NCBI GenBank assembly: GCA_009602725.1
Contig: WELB01000002.1
Span: forward strand, 1,377,899 to 1,397,898
Length of the DNA: 20,000 nt
Source: Spirogloea muscicola
Lineage: Eukaryota
Direction: 5' to 3'
A model generated the notes under the pieces. That model made no database searches, had not been told where the DNA came from, and saw only the letters and a program-made list of their open reading frames with translations. This document shows, in pieces, positions 1-9,213 of this stretch (its first letter is position 1; each line of letters opens with the position of its first letter). The position numbers and the translations under genes were made by a program.

Positions 1-219
1 GCAGCATCAGTGTCTCATAAGCATGCCGCCACCATGCTGCTGGTACAACCTCAGAAGCGACAGCAGCGGCAGTGCTCAGGCAAGAGAGCAATCTCACGTT
101 CCTAAGAGAGATGCATGGAACTGCAAGCATCGAGCTTGCTGGGGCATGTGTTATGCAACCCACTCAACTTGGTCTGAAACAGGTACTGCCAAAGTGAGAG
201 CGAGGGCACTTGAGTCAAC

Positions 220-1192
220 CTGTGTACTGATCAGGGCGAGCTCGTTCTGTGGCTTGATGTCGCCACCGCAGCTTCGAGATGTCCATGAATGCACGTCGAA
301 GGAAAAGGAACGTGCCCATGGTGACCCAGTATGCCCCAATTGCAAACGCCCACAGCAATGGGCTACCATCCTGATTCAAGCAAGCCACAGTCATAGTCTG
401 ACATCACAATCATTTGTACGCTAAGCTGGCAGATGAACTCCACATGTCGACGGCTGTATGCCAGCACCTGCAGCACCTGCAGCTCATGAGAAACAGGTGT
501 ACCTGAATGTTGCCCATGGCAAGCAGATCCAGCGAGTCGTATCTGAACTTCTGCCCAGGCTCGACCTGGTGCTCATTGTGTGACTCATAGTAACCCCCTT
601 GAGCGCAGAGGGGAATGAGCACGAGGCAGCAGTAGACAGCCGCAAAGATGGTGATGTGCAGACCTGCATTTACCACCAAAAGCTCAGCACTCTACACACG
701 AAGTTGCTTACACTCACAGCTTACCACAAAGTCATGATGAGCTACTAATGCATTACCATAAAGACGTTGTACAAAAGCCGCTAGATGCCAATCAGAACCT
801 TCTTCCGTAGTCCTGCAAGCGAGAAGTTGCAGAGTAGCCGGCCATGCAAGCAATCCACCCCTAAGCACGGAGATGCGGACTGGGCTAGGTGAGTTGATGG
901 AGCAAAGATGGCGTCGCCCACATGTCAAGAGAAGCCTCAGGTAGACGGCGGCGTCGACGCCAGCGAAGGCGATGATCTCCTCCTCGGTGACGGACCGGGC
1001 CTCCGCGAGCCAGCTGAAGAGGCCCTTCTTCTCCACGTGCTCCGGCGGGCCCTGGCCCGACAGCAGCCGCGCCGGGTAGTAGACCGGGAAGTTGGCGCGC
1101 CGCTTGGACAGCAGCACGTAGACGAGGAGGATGCCCAGGAAGAGGACGAAGGACGTGGAGACGGAGGTGAGGAGCGCCGAGAGCGTCGTCAT
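220..1192 (-). CDS. ERD4: ERD4/OSCA (CSC1/TMEM63 family) osmo-/mechanosensitive channel-like protein, 5' part; gene continues beyond the left edge
   Basis: ATG at 1192. Exons 1192-922, 663-503 and 370-220 join in frame via GT-AG introns: MTTLSALLTSVSTSFVLFLGILLVYVLLSKRRANFPVYYPARLL...AGVDAAVYLRLL...LDLLAMGNIQ|DGSPLLWAFAIGAYWVT...RARPDQYT. The first TM helix followed by NxxVYYP, GVDAAVY and LxMxNI..LWAF matches the OSCA/RSN1_TM N-terminus and most resembles ERD4/OSCA3.1 from recall. Subfamily assignment is less certain than family. Confidence 0.85.
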
Positions 1193-1250
1193 CCTCGCGC
1201 CGCCGCCGCCTCCGCGCTCCCGCTGGCCTCGCGCTCACGACGGCGCGCCA

Positions 1251-1273
1251 CGAGAGCCTCGGCGAGGCTCTCG
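1251..1273. repeat. Perfect 11-bp inverted repeat (hairpin) in the ERD4/OSCA 5' leader
   Basis: CGAGAGCCTCG-G-CGAGGCTCTCG; the arms are exact reverse complements. Confidence 0.9.
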
Positions 1274-1310
1274 CCGCTCGCGAGATGACCAGCGGCCGAC
1301 GCCGACGGCT

Positions 1311-1337
1311 GCGGCGGCGGCGGCGGCGGCGGCGGCG
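1311..1337. repeat. (GCG)9 microsatellite upstream of the ERD4/OSCA start codon
   Basis: Nine perfect GCG units read directly. Confidence 0.95.
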
Positions 1338-2032
1338 GGTGGCTTGCGCGAGCCGTCGGAGGTGAGCTTGGACCGCCATGGCTGCCTGCCACCTTTTCCC
1401 ACTTGGCTGCTCGCTTTCAGTGACACTTGTCGAATTAGTGGCAAGGGCCATAGGCTAGTTCGCGTGGCCAGGCAGCCTAACGCGCTACTGAAGGGTGGCG
1501 TTACATGCGAGCACTTGGATTTTTTTTTGACAGACTTCCCCCCACTGCCAGCAGTCGTCAGCTTGGCCAGGACAAAGACAGCTTGACCATGAGCGACACA
1601 CCAACAAACCACTGCTTGTGCTGGGTTCCAGAGGCAGTGGTGCCTGAGCAAATGACTGCCCAGTGGAGCATTTTCTGCAAGGCGTGCAGTCCGTATTGCA
1701 GTCCATGTACTGTGCGAGTAATCATCTGTAAGCGGTAACTTGCATTCGACTACATAAGTAATCCAGCAAGTTTGCAAAGAGCACAAATTTGTTAAACTGT
1801 TGTTCTCATGAGTATAAACGAGGAGATTGGGAAGCAATATCCTCTGACATGAAAAGAAATCAATGAATGATGGAAGCACATGAGAGGCCTGCTTTAATTT
1901 CGGGTCAACACACAACACAACTGCCCAAACAGCAGTAATAAAATCATCAGGAAGGTGCACACCACTCCCAAGGAGGAGCGTTTTCAAATTCTTCGCTGCG
2001 GCTTCACAAGTATCATAGGCCCTCGAGGCTGC

Positions 2033-5000
2033 TCATGCCTTTGACTTTTTGTGCTCCTTTGCCATGCTGATGAAGTCCTCAAAACCTGCATACCAGCAGA
2101 ACCGAGTCAACAATGCTCCAGTATGGGGTTCAACATCTGATCTTGGTGACGTGATTGTGAGCTCTCACAATGCTTGTGGTATTGTAAGGTTGCTCACATG
2201 AATCAGAATCGTGTGGACCAGGTGAAGACTCCGGGTGGTACTGGATGCTCATCAGCCGCATGGCAGGGTACGTCATCCCCGCGCAGGTGCCATCGTTTAA
2301 GTTGATGTGCGTGACCTCCACACCCTCTGGCAGCGTCTTGGGGTCCACAGCATAATTGTGATTCTAGGCAATAGAAAGCATGTGCATGTTAGATCAATTG
2401 CACTCCATGTCAAGATCAAGAATCCAAAAGGTCTCCAGTACAGTAATAGTGAAAGGCTGGCATAAGGTGATTCCAGGATTAGCTCACCTGTGCACTGATC
2501 TCAACACGACCAGAAGGAACGTGTCGCACAGGGTGGTTGCCACCGTGATGGCCAAACTTCATCTTGAATGTGGTGCCCCCAAGAGCCTGACCAAGGAGTT
2601 GGTGTCCCATGCAGATGCCAAAAACAGGTACCTTGCCGATGACCTGCTTGACGTTCTCCACGGCGTAAGGAACGGCGGAAGGATCGCCAGGACCATTGCT
2701 GCATACGAGAGTGACAGGCACATTCGCTGAGTTCTTCAACAGCTTTGTTGACAACTATCATCAGCTCGATGTTCCAAAAAGAACACTATCTGCACAGGGA
2801 AACAGATGCCGTCCACAAAGATGCCAAGACGTACCTAAATAGAACTCCATCGGGGTTCAAAGCAATGACTTCCTCTGGCGCGTAAGTGGAAGGGACCACT
2901 GTGATCTTGGCGCCATAAGAAGCCAGCCGTCGGAGCATGTTCTGCTTCACTCCAAAGTCGTATGCCACAATCTGCACATATAAGCACCTCAGTTGATAGT
3001 CACCCAGTTAGTTGCCACGAGTGGCATGCAGCAAAATCAAAGTTGCTGCTTCTGCATGCCGAGAGCAATCCCCTACAGTCAATACAAAGAACTGATAAAA
3101 GCTGCGACCTTCTACCAAGCACGTCACATTGTCAAGCTGCAGTGGCCAGTCCTTTGTGAGCTGTGCCATTATGCAGAATATTGCGGGATAGCATTATTGA
3201 CTTACATGGACGACATCAGGTGCATCTGCCACCAAGTTCCTGTTGAACTCCCAGGCATCCTCTGTCTTGTCCTCCCATACGTATGGCTCCTCGCAGCTCA
3301 GGGGGGAAATGAGATCCTTGCCTGCGACCCACAAACCGCGAAAGGTCAGCAGGGCATGACTTGAGTTATTTCCTTTGACTTCCTGCTCCAAAAATAAAGC
3401 ACATAGGTTACTGACATTTATCTATTTGAAATTGACCCGTTGAAGTCGACCAACTCTTTGTGTAAAGTCTGTGAGCACACTGAATATGCTAAATAGATTT
3501 ACACGGTAGAGAGCTTCCACCCAACAGTATGCCATGATAAGAGCGAGCCAATTTTCAAGTGAAAGAAACTTCACCAAGAATGTTGAAGCCCTTGGCAGTC
3601 TCTACAAGTTCCTCGTCGGTCTTCTTTGAGTCGGTCGTCAGCACTCCTGTGTTTCCAAAGTAACAGGTTCTTAGTATGTAGGCCTTGATTGAAGGCCTGC
3701 TCTCAAGTAAAGATCTTCCCACTGCAGCCCTTCATAATGAGCAGGCTGTCGGATGCTCTGCTCTAGATACTCACAAGCCGTATCCATTAAGACTATAGGA
3801 AATTGACCCACTTTGCTTGTATAAACAAACTGGACTATTTGCTTATGTGCTTACCATTGAGGCAGCCACGTTCTCTTAATCTGCGGGTGATTGCTCGAGT
3901 GTCTACATCCGCTGCATTGACAACCATATAAGGCACGATCGGGTGTCAATCCTCGTGTTATTTTCTCCAGGTTGACAGCGACTACCAGCAAAAATGGACC
4001 TTCTAGCACTTCCACGTTAGAAAGACTTCCTTGCACCCGTTTGAGACAGAAAATGGTCCAGAACGCTAGCGAACTTACTGATGCCCATGACTCCACGCTG
4101 CTTGAGGTAGTCAGGCAATGTCTGTGTTGCCCTCCAATTCGAGACACTGTCACGAAGTGGAGGAAATCGTCAAAGGCCCGGCACAGCTAGCAGCAGCTTG
4201 CTCCTACCAAGCAAGTAAGCAGCAATGTACAAGATGGTGCATGCGAATCTAGGAATCTGCATCACAGGGCTTGACTTCATGGAAGCGCTACTACTCACCA
4301 GTCACTGAGATTACGAATAACAAGTGCTTGCAGGAAGCAGGTCCTTGACTCTTCGTCACCTGTAAGGAGCCCAGCATATGCGGACATGTAACTGCACTCG
4401 TACTAGTCCACAAAAACAGGAGTGGCTCCTACGACGAAAAGACTGCAACATGGAGGTAGTCAATGTCCAAAGTGTCTAAGTCCTTACCAAAGTTGACCCC
4501 GGTGTTGCCAATGTGAGGTGTTGTCATAAGGACGAACTGGCCCGCATAGCTGGGATCCGTCAAAATCTCCTGGTACCTGCAAATACATCAATATATTCAG
4601 ATTCACGTTAAAGACGTGCGCACAGCTGGACAGCAGCAAGGACAGAGAGCCCACTGGAACGACTACCAAAACACTTACCCAGTCAGCGACGTGTTGAAGA
4701 CTACTTCACCCACTTGAGTGCCTCTCGCTCCAAAGCCTTTCCCTTTCCAGACAGAACCGTCTTCCAACACAAGGCGAGCATCGGCCGTCTTCCATGGTCT
4801 CTCAATAGCTGCGTTCGAGCAAAATGTCTTGGAAAAGTCAACTCAGCACAGACTTGTGTTCCCCAAGTACTCTACTGCACATCCTGACCTGACAATGCCA
4901 AAGACTTCAATACCAGGCACTTGCCTCTGATCATCCGCTAGTATAAACTCATTGGCGCTTCATTGATGCAAAGGCACAAGGAAGGCAGAGCCCCAGCAAC

Positions 5001-5294
5001 CAGTATACATGATCCCATGTTTTGAGGTGACTCACAAGCTGCGCTGGCGACGACTGTCCCGCGATGACCACATTGCCTGCTCCTCTGCTTGAGGGTTGCC
5101 TGCCTCGAGAGAGCGCTGCCGAGGTACAGAGAAGCTGAGGAGCTCAGGGCCGGCGCAGCGCGCTGTTCCAAGGAGGCCTTCTGCAGAGGTAGAGCAGCTG
5201 GCAGCTGATCTCTGTGCTGCCCGAGAGTAGTAGACGTGGAGCTCAGCGCTGCTCCGGGTGCGAGTGCATGCCGTGCCAAGCCGGCAGTGGCCAT
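2033..5294 (-). CDS. carA: Carbamoyl-phosphate synthase small (glutaminase) subunit, plastid-targeted; 12 exons, 472 aa
   Basis: Exons 5294-5036, 4808-4679, 4576-4488, 4359-4299, 4146-4079, 3911-3855, 3646-3575, 3321-3206, 2971-2835, 2698-2488, 2363-2198, 2085-2033 total 1419 nt, all GT-AG, with TGA at 2035-2033. Motifs: [60 protein letters not shown], catalytic [40 protein letters not shown]. Exon 1 encodes an Ala/Ser/Arg-rich transit-peptide-like segment. Confidence 0.97.
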
Positions 5295-6015
5295 GCGGGC
5301 AGCGCAGCACCGAGGCCGGCGGCACAAGCGCGGAAGGCACGCGGCGGACGACAGCCCTCGAGAGTGCAGCTGCCGCAGAGCTAAGGCGTCCTCAGCCGGG
5401 CAGAGCGCCGTAGCGGGACGCGGATGCCTGGCGCGCGAGGGGCGCTGATCGCGGGCGCAGGGGGCGGCGGCGGGCGGAGCGGGCGCCGGCGATCGGAGCG
5501 GGCGCCGCGAGGGTGGCGGTGATGGAAATGGCGGGCGCTGGCGGCGGCGCCGTTTATTTAGGCAGCCTGATGCTGCAGCTGGAGCACGGCCAGCAAGCAG
5601 ATCGATTGCTAGCCAGGCACCGGGCTTTGATGAGGAAAAAGAAAGAAGGAAGTGGCTGCTGATATTGAAAGAGCGGCTGTGAAAGCCAGCCAGATGCATA
5701 CAGGTGTTCATGACGGAGCCACAGCCTAGACAGCCAGGGCGCTCTTAGTAACCCCGTGTCAGCAGTAGGAAGTCAGATGAGCTGAGGGGAGGAAAAGGAG
5801 GAGACTCACTGACTCAGGCTTCGGCAACCTATAAATTCTTAATTGCTCTGCAAGGTCGGGGGAGATGGTTGGGCTATATTGATGTCCTTTCTAAGTGATG
5901 CAGCATCAGGTCGTGCATAAGAATAGCAAAAGCCTTGGAAAATGCTAATAGCTTCATTGAGGAAACATGCAAGAAACCTCTTTGTCAAAGTTAAGCGTCA
6001 TTCGCCAGCGGCGCC
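5295..6015. promoter_or_regulatory. Divergent carA/RPN6 intergenic region with both 5' UTRs and promoters; candidate TATA-like elements
   Basis: 721 bp between head-to-head ATGs. TATAAAT at 5830-5836 (+, toward RPN6) and TAAATAAA at 5560-5553 (-, just before the GC-rich carA leader). Function of these motifs is inferred only. Confidence 0.5.
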
Positions 6016-8764
6016 ATGGAGCCCCCCGCCGGAGCCGCCGGCGACGACGAGGGCGGCGGGCCTGAGAGCATGGCCGTGGATGCCGCGCCGCCGCCGCCGC
6101 CGCCGCCGCCCCCGCCGGCGGAGGCTGCGGCCTCCTATCCGGCCACCACGGCGTCGCTGGAGGAGGCCGCGGAGCTCGTCAACGTCGACGACGATAAGGC
6201 GGCCGCCATCTACAGGTGCGCCGGGCGGGCTCAGAAGAAAAGGTGAACTGTAGCACTGCAAGTTGTAAGGCGTGCTTTGCTGACGGCGTCACTGCTGATA
6301 CTCAGCGCGGTGTCGCTGGTTCAGTGGCATCATCAGAGACAGCTCGACGACTGGCGAGGCTTTGAGAACAAAGGTTACAACCTCTGCGCTCGTTCCTTCG
6401 ATGATACTAGCTGGGCTGAGGAGTTTGCACTGTTGGATTGGAATTCGTGGCTTCTTGTCTTCACTACTTCGACACCAGTCTGCTTACACGCTGCGACCAG
6501 CCTGCTGAGGGGCAGGTGGCACCAGGAAGCATCAATCGTGGCATGCATGGTATACAGGAACTCTAAGACGTCAGTTCATGGTCACGTTGGCAGGAGACAG
6601 CTATAAATGAGTTAGGGGAGATTTTGGCACGTCAAGGCAAAGCAGGAGCTCTGAGGCAGCTCTTGACAGAGCTCCGGCCCTATTTTGATCTAGTCGCCAA
6701 AGCCAAGACTGCGAAGATCGTCCGCACCATCATTGACCTCGTAGCCAAGGTTCCCGGCACCACTGCACTGCAGGTGCTACCCTGTGCTTTTGCGCGCAAT
6801 CAACTTCTCATGCTATGACTATGCAGCTTGCGACTGGTCTCGGTGATGTGAAGTACTGAATATACTCCAGCAATTGCAGCTTACGCCACGGAGTTATCTA
6901 GCCGGAGCAATTTTGTCAAGTGTGTGGCTGTCAGATGAGCGTGTCAGTGGAGGGGACCACAGGGTCCTGTAGCTCTTACAGGTCATCATGTCCTCGGCTG
7001 CTGCTCAAGCTTGCCCAAAATAGCACTGGGGGATTCATGAAGGGTCCTCAGAATAGCTGCGTGTGCTCTTTGTGGAGGAGCTCTTGTGACTCCTGATCTT
7101 TGCTATGATCAATGAAGGTGGACCTCTGCAAGGAGATGGTGGAGTGGACTCGGCAGGAAAAGCGTACCTTCCTTCGACAGCGTGTGGAGGCTCGTCTGGC
7201 AGCACTGTACATGGAAATGAGAGACTACCAGGTCCGTTCCTCCATAGCCTGTAGCCTAGCATGACCCAGCACGGCTGCAATACTGGCTTGATTATTGTGT
7301 TGCTGATAATCACCCCTCTCTCGATCACAGGCGGCTCTGAGCCTGCTTACCAGTCTTGTGAGGGATGTGAGGAGGCTTGATGACAAGCTTTTACTGGTCG
7401 ACGTTGACCTTCTGGAGAGTAGCTTGCAACATCAATTGCGCAACATCCCAAAGGCCAAGGCAGCGCTTACAGCAGCTCGCACTGCTGCTAATGCTATTTA
7501 TGTGCCTCCAGCACAGCAGGGTCAAATTGATATGCAGGTTCGTAAGTGATCGAAGGGGCATATTTGTAGCATAATTATTTCACAACACAATCACATGTCA
7601 TCTGTCTTTGGGCGCACAGGCAAACTGCGCGTCTCGCCTTGCATGAAGTGCAAATCATGATTTTCTGCTATAGGCCAATGCGTGCCTTAGTCAGCTTGAA
7701 AGTATTGCTAGCGCTCCCTCGCTCAACTTATGTGTCCATCTCTTGTGCAGTCTGGTATCCTGCATGCAGAAGAGAAGGACTACAAGACTGGCTACTCCTA
7801 CTTTTTTGAGGGCTTTGAAGCTTTCAACGCCCTAGATGATCCAAAGGCAGTATCGTGCCTGAAGTACATGCTCCTCTGCAAGATAATGACAAGCCAGGTA
7901 TGACCTGCATCCACTGAGCATGAAGCTTTCAGTTGTGACGTGGGCATTAGTTGAGTGCTAGAGTCTCATTATTAGTGGACTTAGTAGCTGATATGAATGT
8001 ATCCTGATTGATTGCATGGATTGTGACAGGCAGAGGACGTGCACAGCATCATCTCAACTAAGGCAGGCATCAAGTATACGGGGAATGAGATTGATGCAAT
8101 GAAGGCAGTGGCTGATGCACACAGCAAGCGGTCATTACAACTTTTCGAAACTGCTCTGCAGTCCTACAAGTCAGAGCTCTCAGATGACCCCATCATTGAC
8201 CGTCATCTGTCTTCACTTTACGACACACTTCTTGAGCAGAACTTGGCACGACTCATTGAGCCATTCTCAAAGGTGGAGATTTCTCACATTGCAGGTTGGC
8301 CACATGTCCCTCACTCTCTGCTTGCAGCTGCCAATGCTGTTCCCTTGCCTGCACACTGAATTCAATGTGATAAGGGGCAACAAAGGATTAGACATGGACG
8401 CCTTGCTTTATCAGAGTGAGCTTGCATTTTAAATGAAGATAAATCTTAGGTATCTGCAGGAGCGATATAAAGGTGTCAAGCATCAAGACATTCTCTACTC
8501 AATGTTATGTCATTTAGTATACGCTGTGATTGTCTTGGATTTGCAGCTCTTATAGACTTACCTGTGAGTCAAGTGGAGGAAAAGCTCTCGCAAATGATCC
8601 TTGACCACAAGTTTGAGGGCACCCTGGATCAAGGTGCAGGATGCCTCATCATTTTTGACGACATTCCTGCTGATGCCATCTACCCTGCAGCTTTAAGTAC
8701 CCTTACGAACATGAGCAAGGTGGTAGATAGTCTGTATGCCAAGTCAGCAAAGATAGCAACATAG
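6016..8764 (+). CDS. RPN6: 26S proteasome non-ATPase regulatory subunit 11 (RPN6/PSMD11, PCI domain); 8 exons, 459 aa
   Basis: Exons 6016-6215, 6325-6373, 6594-6773, 7118-7231, 7331-7537, 7751-7897, 8030-8294, 8547-8764 total 1380 nt. Motifs [117 protein letters not shown] second in-frame ATG lies at 6070. Confidence 0.97.
6088..6117 (+). repeat. (CCG)n tract encoding Pro10 in the RPN6 N-terminus
   Basis: CCG x7, CCC, CCG x2 in frame with the ATG at 6016. Confidence 0.9.
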
Positions 8765-9213
8765 CGACTAGTCTGATATAAATCATAGTACTCTTAGAGT
8801 AGTAAATTCTTTGGGGCACTCACCCCAGCTTTGCCAGTCTTGGAAATCCCAAGTATGATGTTGTGACATTCTTTGGTGACATGATTTTGGAGGCAATGCC
8901 AAGGCGAGTCGATGAGGAAAAGTTGTTAGTGTGGGTGCCAGCAAGGTGAAAGTGCGCTCCTTGTGGATGGACCACGACTAGCAGACTGAAAAGAACGCTG
9001 ACAAGGAGAAGTGGGCAATACCGGCCAGGTGTTGAGAAGTAGCACACTCAGATGTGCTCGTTGCCGGTCTAGCGCAAGGTATCCGCATGGCAGTGGTCTT
9101 GTACGTCCCCCACGGTGGCGGCGGCATCGCTTATCGGCGCTTTATCGACGGCGCCGCCGACGCCGAAGCGCGACATCCTCGACAGCTAGGGCGCCCTAAA
9201 CGGCTGCGGCGGG

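Noticed and set aside
1235..1987. 250-aa minus-strand ORF between carA and ERD4
   Set aside because: TTG start, no recognisable motif, and it spans the carA 3' UTR and ERD4 promoter; likely a chance ORF.
5295..5552. Arginine-attenuator-type uORF in the carA leader, as in fungal CPA1/arg-2
   Set aside because: The minus strand has no ATG between 5552 and the carA start, and no peptide resembling the fungal attenuator.
5295..5711. 139-codon in-frame N-terminal extension of carA (ORF 4938..5711)
   Set aside because: The open frame is explained by stop-poor GC-rich sequence. ATG 5294 already gives a normal transit peptide, and the upstream ATGs lie beyond the TATA-like element.
9079..9086. GTATCC as a U12-type donor
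   Set aside because: Reads GTATCCGC rather than GTATCCTT, with no TCCTTAAC branch site downstream. All modelled introns fit U2-type GT-AG.
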